From: Massalongia carnosa
Taxonomy: Eukaryota
Length of the DNA stretch: 64,000 nucleotides
Assembly (NCBI GenBank): GCA_965645245.1
Contig: OZ287067.1
Span: 2,356,001-2,420,000 of the forward strand
Direction: 5' to 3'
The notes beneath the pieces were generated by a model, which was given only the letters and a program-made list of their open reading frames with translations, was not told the origin of the DNA and did not search any database. Positions 13,092 to 25,032 of the stretch are shown one piece after another (the stretch's first letter is position 1; each line of letters starts with the position of its first letter). Made by a program: the position numbers and the translations under genes.

Positions 13092-16000
13092 TACATCCCC
13101 ACTCCTGCCCAATCTCTCGTCTCTGATGGTGTTAAATTAGTGCGAAGGCTTCTGGCCTATACATCCCTCTGGTAAGACCCCCCCCCCTTTCAGCCGTAAT
13201 TCCTTATTACGATACCAATTAAATCTTCCTGCCTCAGGCCATATAGATCTGTTCGGAAATACAGTGGGTGCGAAGTTGGTGTGATGCGTCAGTTTGCCCT
13301 GCAAATCTCCCTCTGAGGACCTAGTATGCAAGGGTCTGCTTCCTATAAGTTGCAAGACTTCGGGAGAATCGTTGGGTAAGGCTCATGTGGTCCTGCAGGG
13401 CGATTTCATGTGATTAACGACCAACTTTAGAGATCCACCAGGGGAAAATCTCTGTGACAGAGAATGGGACGCTTGTTGTAAGAGATCTTCTAAGGACCAT
13501 TAGGGAAGTGCTCAAGGACCCCATACTTTTCCTAAGGCTTGGCTTCCGATAATTTACCAGAGACAGACGTACATCCAGCAATAATGTTCCTTTAGAACAG
13601 GTCAAGCAGGTTCCAAGTTCCCCTGCACTTCCAGATCCCAAGGTATTACCATATTCGAATCTTACGGTCTCCGATGTTATCACCCAATAATTTCCTGAAA
13701 ATTGGGGCATGATCTGAGCCTTCTCGAGCCCGAAGAGTTCCCATCACCACGACCTGATGAACAGCACGCAGGAGTTATTTCTGCCAATCTCGATATCCCG
13801 GGCTTATGGTAGTGTATATCTAATCTTTCAGCGCCAACTATCCATATGAACAGGTTATTTTACGGCTGTACTACAGTCATAAGTGAAAGATAGAAATAGC
13901 TGTTTCTACCTCTGCACCATATTTTCTGTATTTCAGGGGGTTTTTATTAGTTAACTAATAAGTCCAACGGATTTAAATGGGGAGAGATGTGCTCCGCTCT
14001 GAGGTAGATATAAAAACAGTTCCAAGTTTCTCGTGGCAAAATTCTAGCTTGAAATCCGCCTACTGACTTCACGAAGAAAACAAAGGCTTATTCATTGAGC
14101 ATATTATCCTCCAGTTAGCTAATTTAACTATTTCTACGTCGTCCAGCCTCAGTCGTTATTTAAAATTCGAACGGGCATGAAGCCACTCGCTTCAAAGCTT
14201 TATGAAACACCTTCGCACCAGGCTTGTTTTCTTAGCACTTCGAACTTTGCTCCGACTCGCTGTGTATATATTGTAGAAATATGCCAGCTGTACAAGATGC
14301 CGATCACGATCCAGCGTTATGAGCCGTTTTTGGAGAGACAGATGTTCCGAGAAAATATTTATGAATCCCTACAGGACTTCAACAGTGATCGTTTGGGTTT
14401 CTTTCAGACAGTTTATTGAGGTTTAGAAAGAAATGTAATGTTTGGCTATTCTGACGGTCGTGCGATTAGCTCAAAAAGAGTTTCCTTGGGTATTAGATTG
14501 CATTTAGTCTCTCCAGGGTTGTGAATGCGGCATTTGACTACTCGAGAATTCCTGTGGTGTCCAGTCTGGGGTTTCTTCCCTGTCAATCCATATCTTCTAT
14601 GCTCCAGAACTGTTATCGATTGAGGGTTACAATAACGATCCATCCAATAGCGCATGCACCACCTGCACGTTTCCCGCCCTCGGGAAATAGCTCTATTGCG
14701 TTGAAGTAGTGTGTGGTGAGTATGCACGACCGGATTTCGCCAATACTGCAACTGCGACTTGGTTGATGATCCCACTGGCAGGGAATTTCAACGGTGCGAA
14801 CCAGAAACGGACATGGGCTCACGATCTTTCCTCATCTCCCCAGTCTACAACGAACTTATTCGTCCGATATCTTCTTGCAGCCATTTCCCCACACCCGAAA
14901 TGCAAAATATGCGAGTTGACCAACACGAACGTTGGAAATCCAACGGTTTTACTCGAACTCGGCGGTCCCTGCCAAGTATTGATGGAACAAGCCCAGCTGC
15001 ATGTGCGACGGAGACGGCGACGGGGTAGCGTTTCTGGGAGGAGCACTGTCATTAGCGTTTTCAGGAGCAACAGTTCCCAATCCTATCATCATCATCACCA
15101 TCATCACAACAATATCATCCGTCTTGCCATTGCAGGGCAAGTTGCGGAGGATAATGCATGGCTGACCAGAGACTGGCTGCTTGGGCGCCGACCCGATTGT
15201 GGCACGGGCACCGGATAAGCAGGGCGGAGATTGGCGTGCCGGCGCTGGGCGGACGATGGAAGGTGGGAGAGCTCAGAGCTGAAGAAGAGGAATGGAAGGC
15301 GTGCCTAGAGTTGGCAATTGCCCCAACAGATCGAGTTCACGCCAACACAGACTCCCCTTTCGTAACTCGTGTGGATCTCTAGCTGTTTGCCAAAGGACGT
15401 TGATGACAAGAACCGTATTCAAGTTGTCCCCCCGAATCGACGAATAGATGTTTGATCCGAAAGTCCATAGATATCTACGTATCCAGTTCGTTTTCCGCTA
15501 CCTACCTACATACACACTTACTTTCCTCGCCTTTTCCGCTCTTCTCAAACCCCCCATCTCTCACCCCTAAAAAAAGGTCGGGGATTTGGGGACAACAGTA
15601 CAAATAGAATAGAATAATATATTTTATACGGAAAAAAAGGAAGAAAAAAAACCGTACACTTCCACCGAAACTCCATCAATCACCGCTTCTCCCAACCCCC
15701 CCTCCCCCGGAGGGAAACTAAAGGCGAAGGGCAAAGGTAAAAGAGAAAGGAAAAGAAACTCTACCATGGACCTTTAGCCTTTGCGGCTTATCCAGGAGGG
15801 GGGGGGGAGCCAAATCGGAGACATGATGACAGAACAGAACAGGAGGAAAACGGGAGAAAGGGATCTGTCGTTAAATTATTTAAGTAGAGGTAAGTATTCG
15901 AAAAGGAGGTTCTGTATCCCGCCCCGATCGAGGCGTTTCGGTCTGTCGTATAAAAATGCGATTGTGAGGGGAGGGGGGGAAGGGGGGAAAAGGAGGAAAA

Positions 16001-16216
16001 AGGCAGACGAAAATAAAAGAAACAAGATATATGGCATCCCGAGATTTTCCAGGCCCATTTGTCCATCCCATCCATCCTCCATCCATTGATTCATACCTGC
16101 CATCAATCGCTTGATTCAGATACATCCATTAAGATAAACCCAACGTATAAACCATTTACCCCTTTCTCGCCCTCCCCTGTCTGGAAGAATTCTCGCATCA
16201 CCAAACTTCCAGGACG

Positions 16217-18595
16217 CTATTCCAGCCTTACGCCCCCTTCGCCATCGCCATCCCCTTCATCAAACCCAGGCAAGCCCCTTCTAGGCCTAGGCGTCCTGTC
16301 TTCAAAGTCTAAACCTTTCACCTCTTCATCCATTATCAGTGTCTCGTGCCCACCCACGCCCACAAGCTCCATGTCTGCCAACCCTGAGTCCACGTGAGCG
16401 AAATCCCGTCGCAAGCTATCCACCCTGCCCGTGCCCACGCTCACACCCACGCTGACACCACCACGTCCCGACATGCCTAAATCTTTTTCGTCGAGATGCA
16501 GGGAGTCGCGTTGGACTAAGTATGGCATGCCGTGGTACTCGATTTCATCCCATTGATGTTCGCGATGCCCGGGGGATACGGAGACGATCTGTGGTTCCGA
16601 ACCGACAGCACCGCCATGACCGCCACCCGAGGAGGCGCCAGGCGAGCGGTCTGAGATGGAGAAGTGCGAGGTGTTCGTAGCAGGCTGGCGGCCACGACTG
16701 ACGATGTACGATCGTGGGCCATTGAAGGGAAGGTCGATTGATCCCGGGGGGGAGTCGTACGAATAGTCACCGCGGGAGAATTGGCGGTGGCGGAAGGACG
16801 AGCGATCGAAGTTTGGTGGCGAGCAGGAGGAGTGTCGTAAGGAACGGGGGAGGAAATTGTCGGGAGAGGTGGAGGAACGCGGGTTCAGGGATAGCGGGGC
16901 TTGGGGGTCCTTGCTTAAGAGCGGAAAGAACTGCAAGAGCTCTTTAGCTGCGCTGCGATAGCGTGGTTTCGGGCTGAGGCAGTTGGCAACTAGGTCCCGG
17001 TAATACTGCGGAATATCGGGCCCAGCGTTTCGGAGCGACAGTGGTCGCTTTTGACGTTCAGGCTCGTCGATCTCCTCAGCAAGCGCCCAAAGAACCATGC
17101 CCAGCTGGAACAGATCGGATTTGACACCAATGTACATGGAAATCCTCTGGCTGCTCTCTACGAGCTTTGATATCTCTGGCGGTTCCCACCCGACTGGGCA
17201 GCCCCGACGGTTGATATCGATAATCTTAGCTTCATCGTGTTCATCGATGACGATGTTCGATAGCGTAAAGTCCCCTTGCACGAAGCCAGCCTCATGGATT
17301 TCTGATAGACCTTGCACAATCTGCTTCGCCCAGCTCTCGCGCCGCGGCCACGGCAGCAACCCTCTATGATCATAGAGAATATCGACAACAGCGCCTTGCT
17401 CTGCAAAGCCTATCAACAACCCTTTTACAACCGAATGGCTCTCATCAACAACAAGACCTTGAAACTGTATGACACTTTTGGCGCCTATCAGCTCGTTAAG
17501 AGCGTTGATTTCATACAGAAACTCATCAACACTGTCCGGGCCTGGGATTTCTTTCTTGATCCATATATTTTCATGGACTCGAACTTTATATACGAAGCCC
17601 GACATGTGAGCCTCGAAATTCAATTCACTTTCAGTATAATGCCTGCATTCAAGATGCTGCACCGCGTGTACCGTAGGATATGGAATTATCTCATTAGTGT
17701 CCTCTGTAACGTGAACATGTAATCTATCATCTCTAGTTTCCAGCTTTAGGTTGGTGACTGTATCGTAGAAATGAATATCTGCCAAGGACGAGCGGATGGA
17801 CTCGTAGATCCGGGCGCTTTTGTCTCGTTGAAACTGTAGACTCTGAAGATCACGCTCGAGTGAATCCAGCGGGGCATCTCGATAATCGCAGGATATCGTG
17901 ACTCTTCTCCACCGTCGCGGCGTTTCCGCGTAGGTAAGGAAAAACTTTTCCCGCGGAGAATGATCCCGAAAATGCATGCTCAGATTCAGTATCCACCTCT
18001 TTTCCAGCTCATCCCTAATCTCTTCGTCTATATCATCCAGCCCAGATCCCTCCGACGGAGTTGGCTCTTCGGCACTAAAATTAGGATTTTGGGGTGGAGG
18101 TGGGGGTGAGGGAGGTGCTCGCGCCTGTTGCTCATCCAGTGAAAGGCTGTGTGCTTCTGGCCACGTTTCCCGCCTCGTGATTGTTGAGAAGCCATCTTCA
18201 ATATCTCTCGCTTCCGGCGCTGAGATTTTTGAAACGTCAATGGGCGGCGGCGACGCCGGGCGAGCACTTAAGGCTCGCCGACGATCAACCGACACCGTTC
18301 TTCGCTCCCCCAACGATGGCTGCACCTGCTGCAGTTTTTCTCGACGCTCAGAATTCTGTCTTCGAAACGTCCCTGGACGCGGCAAGCCCGGCACAACTTT
18401 CCGAGATAGTCGCCTACCAAAGCCGGGTCGAGGCAGTTGAGGCTCTTGTTTGTGTTCTTGGGCTGGGCATGGGGGCTGTTCGTCGCGACCGAGGAACCTG
18501 GCGAAGCTAAATCTCTGCCACATTCTGGATTTCTCGATTTTCTCGGTTTTTTCCGATGATTCGACAGATAGCGGGAGAGAGGTAGGGATGTCCAT
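16217..18595 (-). CDS. Atypical Ser/Thr protein kinase, 792 aa, intronless
   Basis: Kinase subdomains SGFVYKV, WIKKE, EFLYEINAL, catalytic loop VQGDFTLSN, IIDIN in place of DFG, GWEPPE, KSDLFQLG; preceded by a structured-looking segment WILNLSMHFRD..EKFFLTY. Confidence 0.88.
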   Translation of the reverse strand: MDIPTSLPLSVESSEKTEKIEKSRMWQRFSFARFLGRDEQPPCPAQEHKQEPQLPRPGFGRRLSRKVVPGLPRPGTFRRQNSERREKLQQVQPSLGERRTVSVDRRRALSARPASPPPIDVSKISAPEARDIEDGFSTITRRETWPEAHSLSLDEQQARAPPSPPPPPQNPNFSAEEPTPSEGSGLDDIDEEIRDELEKRWILNLSMHFRDHSPREKFFLTYAETPRRWRRVTISCDYRDAPLDSLERDLQSLQFQRDKSARIYESIRSSLADIHFYDTVTNLKLETRDDRLHVHVTEDTNEIIPYPTVHAVQHLECRHYTESELNFEAHMSGFVYKVRVHENIWIKKEIPGPDSVDEFLYEINALNELIGAKSVIQFQGLVVDESHSVVKGLLIGFAEQGAVVDILYDHRGLLPWPRRESWAKQIVQGLSEIHEAGFVQGDFTLSNIVIDEHDEAKIIDINRRGCPVGWEPPEISKLVESSQRISMYIGVKSDLFQLGMVLWALAEEIDEPERQKRPLSLRNAGPDIPQYYRDLVANCLSPKPRYRSAAKELLQFFPLLSKDPQAPLSLNPRSSTSPDNFLPRSLRHSSCSPPNFDRSSFRHRQFSRGDYSYDSPPGSIDLPFNGPRSYIVSRGRQPATNTSHFSISDRSPGASSGGGHGGAVGSEPQIVSVSPGHREHQWDEIEYHGMPYLVQRDSLHLDEKDLGMSGRGGVSVGVSVGTGRVDSLRRDFAHVDSGLADMELVGVGGHETLIMDEEVKGLDFEDRTPRPRRGLPGFDEGDGDGEGGVRLE

Positions 18596-21500
18596 TGATG
18601 CAGGTACGGCGATGAGAGGGTGGTCGGAAAGATGGACATCAATAAGCTAACCATGAGTGAACGTTACGATGAATGTTTGGGATCGTCATGCAGATCTTCC
18701 AGAAGCTGTCATGGAGCGGAGATGCGCAGAGTATGAGAGGTTATGAGGTTATGTAGCTGAACGTGAGGCGTAATCGTGTCCGGCAGCCTGGTTCTCAACG
18801 GTCTGACATTTATGTATCATTTGTCGCCCTGTTTTGTGTGATGGTACTGGGAATCATACGGCGAAGCTCAGCGGACGGACATTCCGCAGCTATATCTAAC
18901 CATCTGAGTCCTAACGATGGCCTATACAGGTTCACAGGTAGGTATTAAACAAGTATCAAGTATAGATAGAGTCTAGGGGGAACAAGGCGCGCAAGGCTTT
19001 TTGGTTTTTCGAGTTGGAATTCGTTCTTGCGCCCAAAGCGGCATGCATGCAAGGCTACCTGAAAAGAAGCATCGATCAGGGGCTCTCAACGAATGAACTC
19101 CTTCTTCTATTCATTTTTCCCCTCAGGAGACCCACTAAGCATGATCATGATTAGCCGTTCGTCGGCGTTCAAATCGATCGCTTGCAAACTGGACTCGTCG
19201 TTTGGCTTTTACAGGCCACACCTAATATACCTTCTTCTGCACCCTCACCCCCCAAATCCGCTTCTATCCCACCGCTGAGCGTATTTGCTCGCAAAACCCA
19301 GCCATTGCTCAAACAACGACCGAATGTACAGCTTACGGGAAGCTGCAGGCAGGCAAAAACCCCGTACATGTAACATCCCACTCGCAGAGTATGAGTAGAA
19401 AATAGGCTCAACGCAATGGAGTTTGTATCGCCGTCGAAATTACCTCATTCCTCACACCTAGGCAATCCAAAAAAGTTCGCCTGCATTCGTCTCTATTCTC
19501 AAAGCCCTTTTGCATTGGTTCGTCATCAAGTGCATCGCGACAGCCACGCCCTCCTCTAAAACAAGGCAGCTTATTAGAATTTGTTTGTCCGCACCTGCAT
19601 AAATTAGGTTTGGATCCGGCAAGATTTACGTGGCACGTCGATTCTACCTATAAAGACGCCTAGAAACCGTCGAGTAGGTTCTTCATCTTATTCGTCTCAA
19701 TCCTCTCGGACGTTAGATATCCATCCGTTGGCGACGATGAGCTGGCTATCGCGAACGCCTGGCGAAGGGCACGGATGCGGCCGAAGGAGGCCCAACGTCA
19801 ACTGGAGTCAAGCTTGCTTTCCAAGCGCGCGCTGTGACTGGCGGTCCGTTGTGAAATCTGCACAAGCCTGTTCCCGAATAAGTGACTGCAAGAAATTGAG
19901 GTCCTTTTTCTAGTCTTGGGCACCATGTTGGCTTGTCTTCGACCCAACTTGTTCATCGAACACGCCCATCCTGGCCTCGATCCAAACTCCCCATTTTCGG
20001 GTTTGCCCCCCTCTAGCCGATCAGAAATTCTCCTCCAAGCTCAACAAACACAATAAACCCCAATTTATCATGTTACGCAAGAAGCTCTGGCAGCCTCTTC
20101 CATCCGTTCCGGTGCATGTGCCTGCTGCCTATCCCCGCTGTTGCTGTCCGAGTACCATCATCCCCCCCCCAACTCCTAACCGACAGTTGGGATTTCCTTA
20201 CCGCTTTGAGTCACTATAGCATCACCGACGTTAATTTCAATCTTCTAGCCGTGAAGCTTTATTCTTCTAGCAGAAACTACGTTAACAACATGGAAAACCA
20301 GAGCAAAAAAGTGTATCAAAATTCCCTAGGACCAACTGTTCAAAGAACTTCTATATTGGTGCTCTTGGATGTTCTAATAACACATTTGTATGCATCTTTA
20401 ACAGTACTTTGATAGTTGGTTTACCGTGGGCCATCACCCTCTCTTATCTATATAATACTCTCTCCTTACCTATCCTCTCTACCCTTTTAATTTTCCTAAT
20501 TAGGATTTCTTACTTACTTCTGAACATCTCCCCAACGTCCTTAAGCTTCTTCGCTTTACCTCGTACCTCGTCATATGTCCCTCTCTTTCCAATAAGTTCA
20601 GCCCCTGGTACTCGGTTCAACCTTATGTTTGGTCCACGATCCTCGTTATTAAAGCCCCTGCTTTTTTTCCTTATTCTCCGCTACCAATTCCGCAAATTAC
20701 CACCTGTAATCAAGTTGGGTTATCTCCCTTCCCCTGTAAAATCGCAATCCATAAGAACTTTTCGAGCGTTCCCATCCCCTTTGCGTGCTTTTTAGATTGG
20801 TGTTCCACTTCCAATGGCGACCTGTGAACGGATGAGCGGACTTTGAGTGGATTCAAACAAAGAAAAAGTTGCATTTCTATCCACAAGCTCTCCCCAACGT
20901 AACATAAACAAAAACCGTACATCAAGAACTCCCGAATTTCACCCAACGAAAATAAACAAATGCGTCCTGTGGAAGCCTAGAGCGCACATGCCCACCGCTG
21001 TAAAACCCCTGAGTCAGTCGAACAACCCCGAGCTTCCTGCACTTTTGAAGTCTCCAGCCGGGAACTAAGGCGCCGAGATCGAGGGCTGCCGATCACTATA
21101 TGAAAGGATCCTGCCTCGTTTTTCCTCGACTACTTCTTCATAAAGCCAGCCAGTCACTTAAGACATCTTTTTTCGGCTTCACAGTAAGGCTTCGACTCGA
21201 CACCTGGGCGCCAAGGTTTCCCCCTTCTGTCCCTTGCAGCGCGCTTCTCTCCTTGTTCCTGGCTGCTCTGAAGGCGCTGTCTATATTGGTCGCTTTCCGA
21301 CGGTGTTTTGGGGCATGTGATAGGGCCTGTTTGATAACCATGGAGGACTTTTTGGTGAATATTGGGTCATTTGATAAGAAATGTTCCTTGGAGAGACTAC
21401 TTGCTAGCACTTTTTTCTCGGTCATTCATTCATAGCGGACGATGGTTTTTTTCCGAAGATTTCATCATGCTCCATTTTGTTCTCTACCTATGAATATACC

Positions 21501-22097
21501 TATGTACATATTCCGATACTTTCTTCATATCGGACATGGGTTATTAGATGGGACTTTGCCGCCACTGACACGAAACCCGAAAAAACCCAAAAGACATCTC
21601 GTCAATTATTTCCCCTTGCGGAACTAAAACTAGATATTGAAATCGGGTATGTAGATATCGAAATTCTCGAACCCCCCGCGCCTTAACCATGCTTGTCGCT
21701 ATAGCCACCTTCCCTCCTCCAATGAACTCTTTACCACATCACCCAGAAGGAGATCAGAAAAGCTCGCGCTGCAGCAACTTATTAAACTCCCCATTCATCC
21801 ATCAATTAATTAGTCCTGATATGTAAAGAATTACTAGCAAGGGATGCTAGATCCAAGATTTACTGGATCGCTGCTTAAGATATGCTGTGAGGAGCCTTGA
21901 TGGATTATTAGGAGAGGTTGGACTGGAGGCCCAAGGCCACTGGTAAAGAAAGTCTATGTTAAGGGATCTTGAATTGATACTTCGCTGTAAGGAATTTTGC
22001 ATGGAAAACAAGAAAAATGGACAACTAATATTGGGTATTATTACACATATGAGAGGGTACGCCTTGATATCCAGGATTCGTTGGAAAGAAGTGGAAA

Positions 22098-23111
22098 TCA
22101 CCAGTCCACCGCCCACCCGTTATTTTCAAGAAACTCCTCGCATGCCTGCTTCAACGCTAGATTGGGCCTCAGGTCTTGAACTCGCAAAGGCTCGCGCGTA
22201 AGGGGGTCGGTCTCGGATCGCCGCAGGTGCTCCAGCATGGTGGATCGGTCGTACGATTGGCCGTTCTTAGTCGTCACTGGATCGTGCATGATCGCAAAGG
22301 AAATGTTGTCAATCAAATAGTCCGGTACTTCCTAAAAGGGCTCGTCAACACACAGCGGGAAAGGATGCTGCACAACCGATCGAGCGAACTTACACGTTTT
22401 TGAAGATTCTTCGGATCGGCTATGGCAAAGATAGTACGCAGCTCCTCAAGCTTTCTCCTTGAAGCCGATTCAATCTCTTCCTTCTCCTCGGCGGCCTCGC
22501 TATCCCCCATTCCGTGCTTCAATGTCCGTTGGTGAAGCATGTGGAGTTCATAGTTTGCAACCCGCCCTAGTCCGTCCTCAATCTCCCGCAGTAGCTCACT
22601 CCGCTTCCGTATCCGCTCCCGTTCCTTCGCCTCCCACTTTTCCTTTTTCGCCTGCAGTACCAGCGCCGAAACGTTCCTTGTACTCGAGCTATTAGTTCTC
22701 AGGCATTCGTCGTAAGCTGTCAACGCGGAGCTGAGGGCTTCATTGGGGTGGTGCAGAGCGAGTTGGGCCTGGGCAAGATAGTAGTAGCCTTTCATATTGC
22801 CACGTTCCAACTCAATCGATTTGATGCAGTCATCAATACAGCCATCCCATGATTGAAGTTTTATGCGAGTCATTGCTCTATTCGTAAAGAGTTTTGGATT
22901 GGAAGGATCTTTTTGTATGCTAATCTTGTTAGGGTAAGGCAGAAGATTGAGCGGCGGAGCAACATACGCCTTCGTGTACAGTATCTCCGCTTCTTTGAAA
23001 TTACCATCTTGGAAATATCTGATGTACAATGTAAGTCTAGGCTAAGAGAAGACAGCCTTTTTATGCTCACTTATTTCCCTCTTCCTTGAGGAGAATTGCT
23101 TTGCCCGCCAT
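22098..23111 (-). CDS. STUB1: CHIP/STUB1 TPR + U-box E3 ubiquitin ligase; 4 exons 23111-23071, 23018-22968, 22919-22394, 22331-22098; ~283 aa
   Basis: Spliced protein MAGKAILLKEEGNKYFQDG.. (TPR: LFTNRA, MKGYYYLAQAQ) and U-box EVPDYLIDNISFAIMHDPVTTKNGQSYDR..DPLTREPL..LRPNLALKQAC; three canonical GT..AG introns. Confidence 0.93.
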
Positions 23112-23499
23112 AGTCGAAGCTTGCAAATTAGAAATGAAGGTTTCGAAATATTTGGCCCGAAGCCATAAGGCATGCAGAATGGCTATACAACTATTCAAGC
23201 TTGGTCATGACATGGCTTACGATGATGAGAGACATGATATGATGACTGCGGCTTTATAGTTCCAGTGAGCGATTGGAGGTGGGGGTGGTTATGAAGTCTT
23301 GAATTAGCGCAAATAAAGGTTGATAGCCTTTCAGCCTTTCAGCCTTTCGTCCAAGTGTCTATCAAAAGATTTCAATTACTGTGAGACGTGAAGCCATTTC
23401 TCAATCAATCCTTGTGGGGTGAGAGGTAGAACATCATTATTAATCAATGGAAACTTCCATCCTTTCGAGTTGCCTCAGTACCTCAGACTTGCCCGGCTA

Positions 23500-23639
23500 A
23501 GCCCCTTCGGGTTAGCCTTACAGAACGTTAAGCCCCTTCGGGTTAACAGGCTGACTACGCAGCATTTCTGTAGCAAACGTTAGTCAGCTGGGACGCTAAT
23601 CCGAAGGAACTTAGCGAAATAGGCTAACCCGGAGAGGCT
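23500..23639. mobile_element. Probable MITE, 140 bp, built from four copies of a ~20-bp motif
   Basis: TA|AGCCCCTTCGGGTTAGCCT ... AGGCTAACCCGGAGAGGCT|TA; two further internal copies (TAAGCCCCTTCGGGTTAAC and inverted GCTAATCCGAAGGAACTTAGC). Confidence 0.6.
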
Positions 23640-23750
23640 TAGACGGCTCCTAGACCCCACGCACGAAAGGATGTAGGTTAGGATGTTACAACACATGAAG
23701 TCGAAATATCAGATCATGTGAAACAGGAGCGAAACGTGAAGCGATACGTA

Positions 23751-23837
23751 ATCGTCGGCTCGCTTAGTGGGATCCGACTCGGAGGCCGTCGCCTCCTAAC
23801 GGCCTCCGAGTCGGATCCCACTAAGCGAGCCGACGAT
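23751..23837. mobile_element. 87-bp perfectly palindromic MITE sharing termini with the Fot1/pogo element at 45355-54588
   Basis: 39-bp perfect arms ATCGTCGGCTCGCTTAGTGGGATCCGACTCGGAGGCCGT, 9-nt loop, TA on both sides; first 16 nt and GGGATCCGACT match the pogo TIR. Confidence 0.88.
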
Positions 23838-25032
23838 TACTCTAGATCTATCCTCAATTTTTCAAGTTCATCAGGCATTCTCACATTGATTCTACAATAA
23901 AATAGTAAGAGAGTTTACTACGAGTATGGAATCTGTTGAGCTAAGAATATCCTACCTCTGCTAGGGTGACGTGGGTGATTACCTTAAGGGCGGTTGGGGG
24001 TTTTCGGACATGGTCTTGGAATGGTCTCAAGATCCCGGACATGTCTTCGCTAAACTAGGTACACCGGAAGGTTCCCGGTTTGTATGTTTTTTTGAGCGCT
24101 TTCCTGATTGAGATGATTCAACATTGTCCTGCACGTGTAAGATAGCTTAAAATTCTGCTTCTATTTGGTGAGAAATATCTGCAGATTATATAGAGTCTGA
24201 TATCATTTGGAAAACACGATAGTCTGAAAAGGATATATCTTAGTGAACATTCATATTGGTATGAACAGTGCTTTGCATTAAAGAGCATCTGACAATGATT
24301 TGAAGATCGTCTCAGTTTTGAAAAGATCTCAAGACCTTCAAGATCGTGTTCAGGCTAAAACGATCAGAAAACAATCCTATGAAAGAGATATCACGTCCAT
24401 GCAACCTCGTTACAGCTGAGTTGTATTCGAGTTCACATGCTGTATTCGCCCAAATGATGATTAGGGAAACAAGTTATTGATTTAGTGACAGCTTCTAATT
24501 TACAGCTCTATGAATGCTATCATCCTCATGCCATGTTTCCTGTTCTCGTTGCTGTCTCGCACGATCTAGTCTTGAATGGCTCCATCGAGTCATTCCCGTA
24601 CCTCCTCTCACAACATGTATGAAACTGATGAAACAAGGCAGACAAGAGACGTGCCTTGAGGACCTGAAGAATAAGACTGTTAGCTTGAATTGCAATATGC
24701 GCAGAGAACACAACGTACCAAGCGACTATGGAGAAGAAAGGGCAGCCTGACGCAACAAATAAATTAGTCTCAGTTCTTTCATACAAGTTTGAATGGGATA
24801 GAATCAAGCACCGAATTTATGATGGAGAGTGTCGGCAAAACTCAGCTGTTTTGACCTGACAAAACTTTCTCGCCTGAGGATATTCCAGAGGAGATTTCTA
24901 AGACGGCCTTCTCGGAGACGTCCTTCTCGGAAATGGCCTTCTCCAAGAAAGCCTGCTTTGGCATGACTCTAGGTTCTCTATCGTCTGTCAGCTGTAGTTG
25001 CATCATCAATGTCAGCAGAATGGGAAGAACTC

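Noticed and set aside
13100..15400. Short ORFs including a poly-His ORF
   Set aside because: No recognisable motif or consistent splice model; the His run is a (CAT/CAC)n microsatellite
20400..21500. Lys/Arg-rich fragments on the minus strand
   Set aside because: Many stops and no family motif; cannot support a gene call
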